Positions 36,929 through 50,800 of a DNA stretch of 64,000 nucleotides are shown one piece after another. The notes beneath the pieces are model-generated. The model saw nothing but the letters and a program-made list of their open reading frames with translations, searched no databases and was not told the origin of the DNA. The translations under genes and the position numbers were made by a program. Each line of letters starts with the position of its first letter. Position 1 is the stretch's first letter. The DNA comes from Raillietiella orientalis (taxonomy: Eukaryota): NCBI GenBank assembly GCA_036172245.1, contig JAYWIR010000044.1:62001-126000 (forward strand), given 5' to 3'.

Positions 36929-39900
36929 CTACAGAATAGAAACCTGTTATAGCACTCCACCTGCAGCCCACTTACTGCTGAAAATAAATTTATGGGTGCA
37001 CGGAATTAACGTATTCGCGGAGGAGGACGATCGCGGATCCCCAGCGCCGTGATCCCGAAATGCCTCGTTAAAAGTTGAAGGGAAGTCGGCCACCAATTAT
37101 TTTAACTTTGATGTGCAACCGAGAGACCTCGATTGTATTAGAGATGGAACCGAGCATCTGACTGCGTCTTTAATTAACGTGATGGGTTGCACGATTCCTG
37201 ACTCTCGGGCCAGGTTCAGTACTATCTGAAGGCAGTGTTTATGGTCCGCTCCGGAGATATGGGCGAATTAATTGGCAATTGAAGCATAAAAAGCTGCTCC
37301 ATCGACGTTCCGGTGGAATGCACAAAAAAGCGGAACTCTGGTGACGGGTTTTATTGGGGTCTGCATGCGATCTTTGCGGTCGCGAGCTGGCTGCTGCAGG
37401 AGCTGCAAGAGCCAGAGGAAGGTCCTCACGGTGGGCGCGGCGTCGGCAGCGCCTCCTCGCGGCACGCGGAGTCACGAAGAGCGGGCGGCTCCCTCCTTCC
37501 GGACCGGACTGCCAGACGCTGTTCGAGAGGTGCCTGGCAGCACCCCTGACCCGGCGGGTGCACCTCAGGCAGAAGAAGGAAGAGGAGAGGCGCGCGCTCT
37601 CGCCTTTGATCGGGGACGCCTCGTAATCAAAGAGCTTCGCTCCGGGCGAAACCCGCGCGGCTGAGACCCGTGCTGGAGCAACGGGACGCTTGGCTCACTC
37701 TCCCGCACCGCGGGAGGAGCACAAGACAAGGAAACCAAACGCGTTCTTCCCCAACTGCAAGGAACATGGAAACGCGACCCCTCGGCGTGCTACAGCACGC
37801 GTTCATTCGATCGACGGATCGACGACGGTTTTGTTTGCGTATCTGCAAACGTGCTGGAAGGGGCAGGGGAAGAAGAAGAAGAAGAAGAAGAAAAAACAAA
37901 GTTGCTCCGTTCGTTAACTGCGACCGGGTTCACTCCCGCAGGCGATTCCGCCCTCACCGGCTCCGCGGGCTGTTCCTTGTTTGTCTCCGCCATGTTTTGG
38001 TACCTCGCTGCAAGGGATTTTCGGGTTTTTTTTCCCTTTTTTTCGCACCAGGAAACAAGGAAATCTGTCATTCACGCGGGAGCACGTTTCATCTGACAGC
38101 TTAATGGCGACTGCATCTCCAATGGCTCGGCTCGCGAAAGTTTTGTGGAGCAATTATCAGTAATTTGTGGAGTGTGTGTGAGCTTCCTGCACAAAAAAAA
38201 ACGGCTCAGCGTGTCTGTTCCGGATGCCGGATGTGTTCTTCTCCGGAGCCACACGGGCCGGGCCTCTGCGGAAGGACTGTGTGTCCTTCAGGAATTCGCG
38301 CGTGGACGAACCGTCCTCCTTCATTTTCCCTCCAGAAAGTGGACACGGGGCAAACCACTTTTTGGAAGTGGTCGAAGCGGCAGACGGCACCCTTCGACCT
38401 CTGGGAGATCGAGGGGCAGCGTCCCGTAGGCAAGAGGGACGTCACAACCCGCGGAGCTCCCCCGTGTCACCCAGGCAGAGTGCGCGGGTTTCGCCCGTCT
38501 CTCTGGGAGACCCGGGTCCACTTCCGACGCGTGTGGAAGAGACGGCGCTGATTTCCCAGAAACTGACTGGCCATCCCTTTCGGATGGACCCCCGGAATCG
38601 CAACTCGCCTCCGGGGAACTTTCACGCCCGCCTTTTTCGCCTTTCCCGCACGTGCAAGGCCAAAGTTCGTTGGGTGTCCTCGCTGAAAATCGCTCTGATA
38701 GCGGCAACCCTTCTGATCGCTGGATTATGCTGCTGAACCATTCTACGGGAAGAAGAGAACGAAAGCACACAAAAAAGGCGATGCTTCCCTTCATTCATGA
38801 CAGAAGCGGGAGCGTTTTCTGTAGCTTCATCCCTTTCCCTCTTGAAACCCACGTGCCTCCCTCTCTTGACGGCATGGGAAACTCGTACGGGAAATTCGCT
38901 TCCGCTGCGTCAGACATCATTGCGCGCACTGCTGGCGCCACGGGATTCCAACATGGCCGGGAGAGATCAAGGTCGTCTCTCGCGGCGCCGCCATGCTCCC
39001 CTGCGTTGGTTTTCCCGTGGTCAGCAGAAGGGATCTTCCGGAAACTCTGTGCATCCACGATTGCGCTCGCCGCCAGTAACCCCCCTAGGAGCAAGGGAGG
39101 AGCAGGGACGAGTGTCCCCACTGCCTTCAACCTCCTCGATGTGCAACTGCTCGTATTGATCACTTGGCGTGCAGGCAGAAGAGCACAGTTGAGATAAATG
39201 AGAAAAATGGTGTCTTTCACACCGAAAAAGAAAAAAAAAAAGAAAAAAGAGAAAAGAAAAAGGAAAAAAGACCACAGTCGAAAGATGACTGGGGAGATTT
39301 TCGCCAAAGAAAACCCATTTTTCTCACTGGACGCTAACTGAATGCGGTTTTCCTATAGCTCGCTGCAGTATGAAACTTTTTGTAAGTGCCGCGCGCGCTC
39401 ACAGCATCCTCTGCGACGAGAGAGGCTGAAAAACGAGAGACCATTAAGGCGGAGGAGGAAAAAAAGCTGTGGGAATGAAAAGGATTCGCCGTCGGTGCTT
39501 CCCCGAATTCCCTTTGATTTTCACACCGCCGATGATGGCGCATGACCACAGCCACTTGTCGTGAGGAGGTTCCGCACGCCGCAACCACCTCTGGCCACCA
39601 CCGCCGCCTTCCTTCCGTAGCTGATTGGGGTGATCGTGCGCTGATTCCCTGGTTGGCAACGAATCCCTGGGAGGAGGTACAGCGGCTGCCATCTTGCGTT
39701 CCGACCACCGCCCGAAGTCCAAAGGCTTTCCGGCGGCGGCTCCACAGCACTCCCAGATGAAATTAGACGGGGGCAACCGCATCCGTTTCGCAGTCTGACT
39801 TTTCCCGCCCGTCAATGAGGATGGCGTGCGCGGCTGGAGACCGTCCGCGCGCCACGGAAGCCTCAGGAGAACTTCCACGGGAGGAAAAAAAATCGACTTC

Positions 39901-40401
39901 CGGGATTCCCATTACATGCCCGACATCCAGATGCAAGGAACTTCAAAAGAATTTGTGTTTAGACAGATATCCTGTGCATGCCTAGGTTTGAATGTTCCAG
40001 AAGTTACCAGGGCAGCGACCGACGTCGGCATTTAAAAGTTTGCCGATGCCTGTTCGAGGTTTCCACTGCGTGACTGCTGTTCCCCCCCTTCTTGAAAAGG
40101 GGCTATCAACGGATTGCTTCTGCACGGTCCGTCCGGACGAAAAACGGATTTCTGGATGGAACGCTAAGCGTGTTGGGAGGCGTTCTGCAGCTGTTGTTTA
40201 GAGCTTTCCGAAAGTCCTCGTCCCGAAGTTTCTTCCTGTAGCATTTCTTCAGATGAGATGAATCCATTCTTGGGCTGGGCTGGGAACGGCGCGGCCTCGT
40301 GGGTGCAAGGAAATGGCGAGATTCGAAGCAAGCACCGTCTTTTGGCGGAAAGAGACCACCAGGACGCCCCGAGCGCCACCGAACGTTGCTGTTAAAAAGC
40401 T

Positions 40402-40402
<1 letters not shown>

Positions 40403-40457
<55 letters not shown>
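40403..40457. repeat. (CT)n microsatellite
   Basis: Perfect CT run of ~27 units. Confidence 0.97.
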
Positions 40458-40459
<2 letters not shown>

Positions 40460-43400
40460 AAGTCAAAGTGCGGACTCGGCTCTGAAAGAATGGTGGAAGT
40501 GCCGCTGGTCAGCAGTGTGCCTCCCTCCCCACGTGGATGCAGGGAGACAGTACCGATCTGTTAAGCGTAATCTGATTCAAGAGACGAGGAGTTTGATTTT
40601 GCATGGGACGACTCGCGTGACCGTCAGAGGCAGGGAAAAGACAAGGCAGCAACGGGACCTCCCAAGCAAACCATCCCAGTTTATGCAAAACGATCATCCC
40701 CATCTGGAAACATTGGCAGCTTCTTTTCGGGAGAGAATCAGACGGTAATTGATCGTTCCGTTACCAGGGCAGTGTTCAGGGGGGTAATTGATTGTTTGTC
40801 CGACTACCTATTGAGGAAAACTTAACTGGAACAATCAACCAAAGATTACCTTAATTTGTCTGCTACCCGAAATGGTGCTTAAATCATCCCGTGCTATATT
40901 CTCCGGGTTCCCAGAATAATTTAAGATTCTCAAGAGAGGTACGGGGAGAAAAAAAAAAAAAAGGGAAGAATCGGTACAAGAAAGACTGGCTAAACTTTTG
41001 TTTCGCAGGGAACCACTTCCCTGATTCCCTTTATATCAAAAATGTGATAAATTCGCTGCTCTGTAATGGGATTTCAAAGGTAAGAAACGGGATGTCCATT
41101 AGCCCTTGAAATCACATTTAGGAGCCACATCAGCATCCTTGGGAAGAAAATACAATTTAATGCAGAGAACGAAATTACGTGCTCATCTGCGATACTCCCA
41201 AGGATGCTGAAGACTATCGATGCACGACGTGGTGGTGAGGAGATTGGCGGATTGGGTCCGGGATGAGAAATTCGTGTCAAGAAGCGCTCGAGGAACGAAT
41301 CATAAAAATTAAAACTCTTCAGCAGCGACGAATCAGGCGGGAACTGTCTCCATGGAGATTGCGGGGTGCAAAAAAAAAAAGCAAGCAATCAAGCAAGAGA
41401 GAGAGAGAGAAGGGTGCCCCCCCCTTCCGTACATCAGAGCGGCTCTTTTCCGGCGTTCCCACCGGCACGACGACAGACACCGGAAGTTGTCGACCCCGAG
41501 CCTCCGTCTCTCTGGGCCCGTCAGCCGGGAAGGCCCCGGTTCCGCAAACGGGCTGCCTCGGAGCGACCGGGGAGTGACACGTTCCTCAGGTATTCCAGAG
41601 ACGACGCTGACACCCCGGATGACTTTACTACCACCAGCCCCGTCGGTACGCTCAACTATCTGTTCTTTTTGCCCAGGGTGCGGGCAAGCAGAGAGCAGGC
41701 GGAACGTTCCGGGACTCCTTGAAACGAGCGCTGCACATTTCCAAAGCGCCAGGTGCGGAGGGCCACCTCCACATGCGACAGAGCGGCACTTGCGGCATCG
41801 TCGCGAGTGTTTTTTTTTTTTTTTCTTCCTCCTTCCTTTGTGTGTGTGTTCTTAGCTACGCCATCCTCACAAAGTGCAGCCTTGCCTGCTGGAAGCAGGT
41901 TTTGGAAATTCTGGGAGTTCTCGGGGGGGTGGGGAGAAGGCAAGTAACTAACCAGCGACTGGAGTTGCACGGAATTGGCTTTAGCCGGGTCATGCAATAT
42001 CCCCCCCACGGAGGTTGTTAGCTCGTGTGACGACCTCGAAGGGATCACGGAAGGCTCGCGAGCCGAAACGCGCTGCTCGCGATGGCATCCACGCAAAAAC
42101 TCCGTTCCCCGGATTCAGAGCGGCACAAACCCGCTCGCATCCACGTGCAACGCGAGCGAGCAGCCGAAAGCCGTCGCACGTGGCGTGCGAGTCTTTTTTT
42201 TTTCCGTTCGCCCCTCCCCCCCTTCGTCCGTCCTCACGGGGAAAGAAACAGCATCTCCGCACGGTAGTCGAGGATGCTTCGGCAAACAAAGATGTTGCGT
42301 GTTCGAGAGAAATGCGAAGACAAAAACACAGATGCTGCAAACGAAAGTGAACGCACATCCAGGTTCGGAAGCTGGGAAGCCTGGAAAGCGGCGGGCTTGC
42401 AGTTGGTCTCGTGGAAAAACGGAAGAAAAAACAAATTTCGACCAGCCTCCCTGATCAGTTGCAAAAAGAGAAGGAATGTCCACCTGTTCTGCGGCTTCAA
42501 GGATGATGGTACGAAAAGGGGGAAAGGAGGAATCTAGCGGAGCCCCAGCCTCGCAAAGCTCTTCTCTTCTTCAGCGGTCTTGCAGCTTCGTCTGGCCTCG
42601 TTGCCATGAGAGGAAGCTGCGATTTACCCTCTCCGTCTTCGGCCATCTTCTCGATCCGTGGAAACGCCCCCGACCAGGAGCCTCGCCGACCGGAAAAACC
42701 CCTGCGGAGCCTTTTGCAGGACTTTGCTGGATCGAGGGCTGCCAACCAAGCCGCTGAAGCTTTCCTTGGAAAGATGCTGAGGTCGGCCGAGCGTTCGGAA
42801 AGCAGCAGCATCGTATCCGGGAAAGAAGAGGCGCGCTGCACTTCAGGAAGACTTTCCCCATTCATTCAGGTCACGAGGAGGGGCGGGAAGTGTCCGCTTT
42901 GACCTTATAGCTTCCGGAAGGAGCCCCGCAAACGACAAAGTCCGCATTCGGCTCGCACGGCCAACCTCTCCCGAAAAGAGGGGCGCTGACCCGACCCGCG
43001 CAGCAGCTCAGAAATGGCCGGTCAACATCTCTGCTTCACGCAGCACGGCACGCCAGGAGCTGCCCGTGGTGCGCTGTTGTTTTGGGAAGGAGCCGAACTT
43101 TCTTCGCTGCTGTGGTCGAATGCCTGGGGCGCGTCTCCCCTCCCCCGGCTTCCGGACATCCAAAGGGATCCCTCGGTCCGCTGCGCGCCGCAAGAGGGAG
43201 GCGGGAGAAAGAAGGAGAGCGTGTGGTCCTCCCTCTAAAGGGATCGGATTTCGGACGCCGGCCTTCAGGTCGAGGGCTTCCGAAGGGACAACGGAAAACC
43301 CTTTTCCTACCGCTCGCTCGGGACGGGGCGGAAAAGGTCGACGCTTTCGGATGCCGCAGTCGGGAACGGCGCGCGCGATGGTGGCGGCCGAGGACGGATA

Positions 43401-43467
43401 CACGCGGAGCGCGGGCGCGCGCTCGCCAAACACCGCAACCGCTCCGCACTGCGCCTCGGATACTCAC

Positions 43468-43598
43468 CGACCGCTTCCCGAGCCTCTTAATATAGCATGG
43501 TATGTACGCCCTTCGTTGGATTTGGGCCAGCACAACGTTCGAGATGCTCTCGTGCTGCAACAGTCGCTGGACCAGCTTCTGCCTGCCGATCAGGTGTT
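43468..43598 (-). CDS. Dpr-like gene coding exon 2 (N-terminal part of Ig1, first Cys)
   Basis: Acceptor gatttcag|AA; SNVVLAQIQRRAYIPCYIKRLGKRS resembles the Dpr pattern NVTAxxGxxAxLxCxVxxLGxKx; phase-0 donor TCG|gtgagt. Confidence 0.9.
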
Positions 43599-44149
43599 CT
43601 GAAATCACATCCCACAGGTCTGATCAGCAGCTTTTGCGCTCGCTCGGAGCAGGTGGACGCGCGTGCGCGCGTTGCGGCAGGGTGTTCGAAGGAACCTTCT
43701 TCCCTCCCTCCACGTTGTCCCCCCTTCTCTACGCGTGACCACCTCTCCCGTGCCCGGGAGGAGAAGGGGGCGGGCGGCGGAAGACGGGACCAGGCCGTCC
43801 GTCGAACGCGCGCGCGCGCGCGCAGCGGCACACCAATGCCCGAAAAACTTCCGGTCGTTTTTGCGGACCACGCCGAATGGAGCGAAGAATTCGTCCACCG
43901 ACTTAGTGAATTGGGAAGGTCCTGCTCTTTTCATTATGGAGGCTCGTAGCTAGGTCGGGGTGTCATGGACACGTGGTTCAGCCATCTGAGGCTGCTGTAC
44001 TGGCCCAAACTTGAAAACGCAGTCAGAATTTCATTCGGAGCGACCGACGATCAGCACGAAGGTTTTTTCTTTCCTTTTTTTTGTTCCTCTTGGTCTCCTC
44101 GTCACCCTGGAAGCGCGCGGCGCACGTTCCTCGGAAACGACTCAGAGGA

Positions 44150-44850
44150 ATGGTCATGGACTCTGCGAGGCGCGGCTCTGTAACGTGAGAGCTCTGTCAC
44201 GCTCTGTCACGTCACAGTGAAGGCTCTGGATGACCTTCACCTGATTCGGGCGCTCTTCTCGACGAGCGAACGCCACGCCCATCCAGAGCTGCAGCAAAAC
44301 GAGGCTTAAAGAGGCGCGATCGACGCGGTAAGCGCGGATGAACGATCCGTACCCGACGATCACTCCTGGGACTTGTCGCCCTGCACCACGGCTGGTGAAG
44401 TGGACAGTTCCAGAGAACGCCGTGCTTTTCGCTACATGTGGTAGCTGCGATGTCATGCGTCTTCGCTCGATTTGTCGTCTTACCGCGGTGCCGTAAGACG
44501 CCGTGGATGGACCTGCAGCCCTCTTTCGCGTTTTGTCAGGCGACGCTCGCAACCCTCTGATGCTCTCTCTGAGCAGCAGAATTACTGACATTCGTAGAAT
44601 GACTGACGTTCTTGGTGCTGAGACTGGAGTGTCCTCAAGGAAAGCTACAACGCCAGGGTGCTGCGAGCGATTCGACACGCGAGGGGAGCGCCTCTAGCGA
44701 CGCGAATCGGAAGTCGGAAGAGAATTCCCTCTAGCCGGTCTCCCCAAGGACACTCGTGGTGACATCTTCAGAACGGTGATCTTGAAGGTCGTGAACTCCC
44801 TTCCGTCCGACAAAGCTCCTTCGCTCACGTCTTCCAGAAGTTCCGCCAAG
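44150..44850 (-). mobile_element. Decayed PIF/Harbinger-like transposase remnant, tentative
   Basis: DGREFTTF..LKMS (cf. DxEFxxxFRMS), VPGVIVGYGSFI (cf. FPGVIGAIDGxHI), SLVLLQL (cf. SIVLxAV). Confidence 0.3.
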
Positions 44851-47501
44851 TCTTGAGCCGCCGGCCCAAAGTCTCAAATCAACAAGTTTTTGCGTTTTCT
44901 CTCTGGCAGCTCCGGGTGCCGAACCACGAAGCCCTCAGTGGTCGTTCGAAGCGCTCCGTGTCGTACGACGGTCACACGCCTGCGTCCCCGTTTCCGTCCG
45001 TCCACAGCGACCGCATGACCTTTCCCCTAGGACGTCCGCGGATTTCCGTCCGGAGGTCTCCTCCGCAATTACGTCCCGCTCGTCATCTGCCGCTCGCCTG
45101 GGTAATTCCTCTCATCCCCGGGAAAGCGAGGCAGCTGCGTACGGAGCGGAAGGACGCGGAAGTTCCTGGCCAGCTCGTCGCGTGCGCCGACCTGGTGTAT
45201 CGTGAAAGGTAAACCCATTCCAGCGGGCACTTCCATTAGCGCTCATCCTGTTACGCATCGGAATCTGTCCTCATTAGGGAAAGAATTCATTCAGGATTCG
45301 CATGTGAAGGTGGCATCAAAGACTCTCAAACAGTGCCTCCAGCCCTAGAGGCTGCTGGAATCGAGTTGGCAGGAATAATGCATTAAGGTTACACACACAC
45401 TGCTCCTTGCTTCCCGTCCTCCGAGCGTCACGAATGCGCGTCCCTGAAAACTGCAGTGAAACGGGAAGCAGGCGTTCTTCTTCTTCCTTTTTCTGTTTGT
45501 TTGTTCCTTCGTGATTCCGTCGAAATTTATGAGGGCAAGATTCCCATTCCGGCAGGGTAGGTCGGCGAAGAACGGAACCGGGGCAGTCGATTCCTACGCT
45601 GAGGAAGACTCTCCGTTGCGGTGGAGCAGACGGACCCCTCGCCTCGCGCGTACCCCCCGCAGGGAAGGCAGCATCGGTTGAAGCCTTCGAATTCGCGGGA
45701 GGATCTTTCAGTGACGGTGGCATCGCCGTGCGCTCTTCGGCGTGGATGGGTGCGTAACCAAAAGCCTTTGTTTCGTTTGTCTCTTTTCATCTGACGGCGG
45801 GAACTGACCCATCGGCAGCCATGGTGGCGATGAGGTGAATCGAGGCCACTCGCCACCACGCCACATCGAAGCAAGTGGAAGCCCTCGGTCCGGCGCCGAG
45901 TGACGACGCCCCCTGCTTGCCCCAAACCCGCCTCCCCTTTTCGGACCCTGCGCGGTGAGCCACACGGTAGGTTTGCGCGCGCACCGCGGGGCACCATCGT
46001 CGCAGAGGCGGGCGTCCACTGGAGACGCGCATGCGTGCAGGGAGGGAAACGTGGCGCTCGAGCCTCTCTTCTCCAAGAGGAGACGGCAACCTCGTGCACG
46101 TCGTACGCCGTTACGTCACGTCGGATGCAACGATGACGATGCGTCAGGTAGATCCGATTGGATTCTACTTAATTTGCATGATCGTACAAATAAAACGCAT
46201 CCACAAAACGTATATAAAGGTGGAATGTTCTAGAAACCACATGCCAGCCGCGTGCGTTACGGGGGAGGGGGGAGCGTATGGCATTGCGCACGCTGTTGCG
46301 ACTCTCCATATTTTGAAAGGTGGATTAGATCTAAGAACGAGCGGATTGCGCACGGTGTCAGTCATCCACACACGCACGCATGAGGTGTGCACAAGCTGCA
46401 CAGATAACGGGAAGGCCCGCAGGAAATGGATTTGACGGCGGTGGGCGCTCCCAGTCGGGTTGTTTTTGCTCGCCGCGCGGGCGTGCAGTGGCCGTTGGCC
46501 TCTTGGCAATATGCACTTTCGTGCGCGCCAGCGCTGGTGGGCTCTCTCGGTTCCCAGCGGTCATCCGCCGATTCCTGGATGCTTTCCATGGTGTTTTTGC
46601 TCTCCAGGTTACTCGCCCCCTCCCTTCGACCACTGCCTCAGTTCACGGAAGCAAAGATTGAGCAGCTGAAGATGCTACAGATGTCTACAGACTTGAGAGC
46701 GGCAGCAGATTGCTGCCGCTCTCAAGTCTGTGGACCCGTATCACCACTCCTCACTCCGAAACGAAGATGCGCTCCTTTTCGAGTGGCTCATCCTGACCGG
46801 ATGCCACCTCAGAAGGAACGGAGTTGCGGCGACGACATCTCTTCCCCGATGGCAGCTCGGTCCACTCACTGCAGCTTCCAAGAGACGCGGGACGGGCGTA
46901 CAAAGCCTGATTGGAAGATTTTGTTGCTGTCGAGGGGTGTGCATTTCTCCTCACTCGTGCTCTTGTATCTTCTCCAGAGGACGAGGCTTGCCGCTCCAGC
47001 AGTCACCAGGATCTTCAGCAGCACTGAGAGCACCCGGTCGTCACAGAGAACGGCTTTCCGCAGTGTTTGTCCTCCGAAAAACCGGAGACGTTTGGCGCAT
47101 CCGCATCAAGAATCAGGGCTGCCAGCATCAAGAGGCGCGAAGGCCAAAAACAAACAAACCCTAACTTCCGTGATCCATGGCTCAAGAAAAAAGAGAAAGA
47201 AAGACCGTGATGAGGCAGCGGGTTCTCGCATTGGCTACCGTAAGCAGGAACGCAGAGGTGGAAACGGGAGAGCTGCATTGCACACATACGGGAGCGCACG
47301 AGCACCATGGGTCAAGCGTGGGTCATGCCTCTGCACGCAGTCGGAAACGCAGTCGTGCTCTTGGCAAAAGGGGAGAGGCGAACTGGGAACATGCTGACGT
47401 GGAGATGACATCAACAGGGGGGGGGGAAAAAAAGGTGATCCATTAGAACGTGCATCTTTCCCCGTGCACGGCTGGGATGCACGGGCTGGCGGAAGCAGAG
47501 T

Positions 47502-47812
47502 TTCCTTCGGGCTCGTGTACTTGGTCACGGCTTCCGTCCTTCCGAGACGGCGTGCTCCGGGGCAGCAGCAACAGGCGCACCGCCGTCTGCAGTTCCCGGC
47601 TGGTGGTGGTCGTGCGCGTCGTTGTAGTGGGACAGGCTCGTGCTGTGATGCGCTCGAAGATGTCATTCGCGAAGCTGTATCCGGATGCATCAAAGCTTTA
47701 TGGATGTAGATCGCGCACCTCTCTCCTTCCCCTTCTGCCTTTTCGTGACGTTCTTCTGCGCCACCTTGCTTGCCTTCTTCACTGCTTTCTCACTGCCAGA
47801 CTTCGGAGCCAT
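47502..47812 (-). pseudogene. H2B: Histone H2B pseudogene inside intron 1 of the Dpr-like gene
   Basis: Minus strand across frameshifts reads MAPKSGSEKAVKKASKVAQKNVTK / AIYIHKALMHPDT / SFANDIFERITA / HYN / [17 protein letters not shown] / EHAVSEG / AVTKYTSPK, colinear with H2B ([66 protein letters not shown]). Several deletions and frameshifts; GAA at the stop position. Confidence 0.92.
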
Positions 47813-50800
47813 CGAGAATCCACTCAGCGATCTCACTCACCGGAATAGCCAGGTGATGACTTGTCTCAAACTACGGAGGGGAGGGGAGATGGAAAAGCAA
47901 CCGATTCCCCATTTCGGGCTGCGTCGAGTGAAACGTGAGCCGTTCGGTGTCTCCTTTGGGAACTGCCGACCAAGGCGCACGTAAGTGGATCTTAGCGTGC
48001 CCCACCCTGGGTTTCCGAAACCGCGCGGGACAGTGGGGGGGAGGGAGAGTGCGGCCTAGGGGGATACACGCGCTCCTTCGCTTCGACCGGGTTTCCGTTG
48101 CAGCTACCGCTCGTCCGCACGGCCCCCATGGAGACCTGCCACCCTGGCGTGCGCGGGTGCCGACCGGAATTCCGAAAACAGGAAGTGGCGGGAAGGGGGC
48201 CTGAGACTTACTGTTCGCGACCCCTCTCCGGAGGCAGTCGGGAAGAAAGGGGAATGGCGGCGCAGGAGAGCGAAGGGAGCGCCGACAAAGCTTTAGCAAC
48301 GACACCCGCTCTACCGGAGGGTCATCCTCCAACGGGTATAGCGTCGACCCTGTTCCCCAAGTTTCCCTCACCCAAAGAAATCGTAAGCTTCTCACTTGGA
48401 CCAGTCGACGGCTCAAGAGGGGGGCACCGAACCAGCAAGGCTCTTAACGGACCACGGGATCTGGGGTGAGTTTGCCCACTTTGCCCACTCGCAAATAAAA
48501 ATACACCCCCGGCGTGCGCAGAAGCACGCACGCGAACCGGCGTGATGAAATACGTTAAGAAGCTTCACGAATGAGGGGGGCAGTGCCCTGAAAGTCATCT
48601 GCGCAAGTTCATTTTTCAGGGAACAGCAGCGACATTTAATCTTCAGTTGTTGATAGCCGAGATTAAGGATAGAACCGTCGGGGGGGGAGGGCAACCTTTT
48701 CTTGTTCCGTATGGGATGAGCGATTCAAAACCGGCCCTCCTGAAGTCCGGCTTTGCGGCGTGACGTCAGCGCGTGCCGTCAGCATGGCGCGCAGCAATCC
48801 GGGAAAACAAATGCACGGCGGAAGCCTCCAGAAAGCGGCAGCGAGGTCTTTTTCCGGTCATCCCGCCCTCAATCCCAGTTGTTGGAAACTCGGGATTAAA
48901 TGTTACCATCATGTCCTAAGAAAAAGGGGAAAAAATGAACTTACGCAAATATTCGAATTGCGTAATTTGATCGATCAATTACGACTAAGTGTTCCTAATA
49001 ACAACCGACAACCACCTGATTCAACACGTTCGGATTACTCCTGGCACGGGACGCAGGATTCATGATAACGCCTAAGGGGGGGGACGGAAAACACGCTCTG
49101 ATTTATGGGCAGCTTAGAACAGGGAGCTGCGGCGTCTCCTTCAACTCGGACTGCCAGGAATCCGCCGTTCACCAGGGAGCGGGAGGAAAGCGCAGTGCCA
49201 CTCGCAGCTGCGGGGCGGCGCCAGCCCTGGTGCAGATTGATGACGGGGAAGGGCGGCGGGCGTCACGGCGGGGAGTTGTCGCGCGCGCCTCTCCCTAGGA
49301 CACCACCGGCAGCGGCCTCGAACGGATTGTCCCTGCCTCTCTCGTTGGCGCTCTCCGTCGTCGTTGCTGGCTCCGCGAGCCGGCCCGGAGGACGCAACCC
49401 TGCCGGATCCGCATTTGCTCCTGAGGCGGGCCGTGCGGCCTGGAATGGCGGAAGCGCCAAGCGCTTGGAGGAGGAGGAAGAAGAGAAGAGAATGATCTCC
49501 TCTTCTCTGAGCGCCGCCTTGGCAAGGCAGGTCCGTCGAACGGTTCGTTGGCCATGCGCGATGCTCCTACCGCCAGGCAACACGTACTCAGCTGCCCTTT
49601 GCTGATGGTCCGCCGGAAGGACACGGCAACACCATATTCCCCTTGCGCTGGACTCGGGACAGACGTGGGGAGCAACCAGATCTCCCGAGAAACCAGAACC
49701 CGGTGTGCGTCCCCGGGAACGGGTGCGGCCCGAAACTCCGTCGCTCGGCCCATGCAGCTTCCCCGCTCCGATCTTGGAGTGAGCACGCGGGAGGTGGATT
49801 CTTGGATCTTCAGGGACAAAGAAGATAGTGCTCCTCCTGCAAAGCTGCTTCGACCAGAGTGACGTCCTGGCTGTCGATTCTTCTTCCTCTTCCCTTTCCC
49901 GGTTGCAGCATAACTTTGTTTTCCAAAGAGCGGGGTTGCTGCAGCCGTCGGGCTCGCGACGGGGACACACACACACGATGGTACGTCCTTCGTGGCGACG
50001 CGGGATGGATTCTGGCAAGCATCCGAACATTTCAAAGATCCGGAAAGCGAAAATCAATAAATTTCAAACTTCTCCCGAGCCGAGATGACGGTTGCGTGGA
50101 ATCATCATTTTTTACTCATCTTTTAATTACATTCTTGAGAAATCTCGGAATGATTAGCGCCAGCCTTTTTCCTTTGTCCTCGTGCCGGAGCCTACATGCA
50201 TTTAAAAGATCCCAGCATCCGTTTTCTGACGAATTCTTGCTGCATTGGGGGACGGGAAGAAAATTGGCCTCCTTTATTAATCACTCGCTGGATGAGCGGG
50301 AACTCGCTACCTTCCAACCGTTGAGGGATGTGACGTCATCGACTGAGGCGTGCGTCTCCTCCTCTTCCTCGCTTGCTGGAAGAGCCCCTGGGAGCAACGC
50401 GGGGGCGGAAAGAAGAGGAAGCCCAGCTGCTCCACCACCTCTGGACGGCAAGGCGTTGCGCCCCCGCCACGCTTGAGGTGGGTGGGCGGTGGTCTAGGGC
50501 TTGGCGCCGGCGCCTCGCGAGGGCCGCCGCATCCAAGCCACGCTGTTCGCGCCGACCCCAAGGCACAAGGCACCGTGGGCGGGCCCTCTGCTAATGGACC
50601 AGCTCGCCGTTGCCCCAGGAAATCCTACGGGCGAAGAGCCGCGCAGAATTCTGGAGGCGGACCACAGGCTCCCTGCGCGCTGAGGATCGCCGCGCCCGAG
50701 GCAATGCACCATCATTACACGTGAAGCAGGAGCGAGAGGAGAAGGGGAAGAAGAAGCAGAACGCGGGGGGATAAGGAAAGGAGCCCCGCCCTTCACGGCG

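Noticed and set aside
44240..44330. Hydrophobic stretch SLSLVLLQLWMGVAFA as an alternative signal-peptide exon
   Set aside because: No suitable ATG, and the nearby donor is phase 0 whereas exon 2 needs phase 1; it fits better as part of a transposase remnant.
47177..47240. Possible histone H4 fragment (RKTVMRQRVLAL) next to the H2B pseudogene, and an H3-like QRLL near 57750
   Set aside because: Too short and not extendable; likely coincidence.
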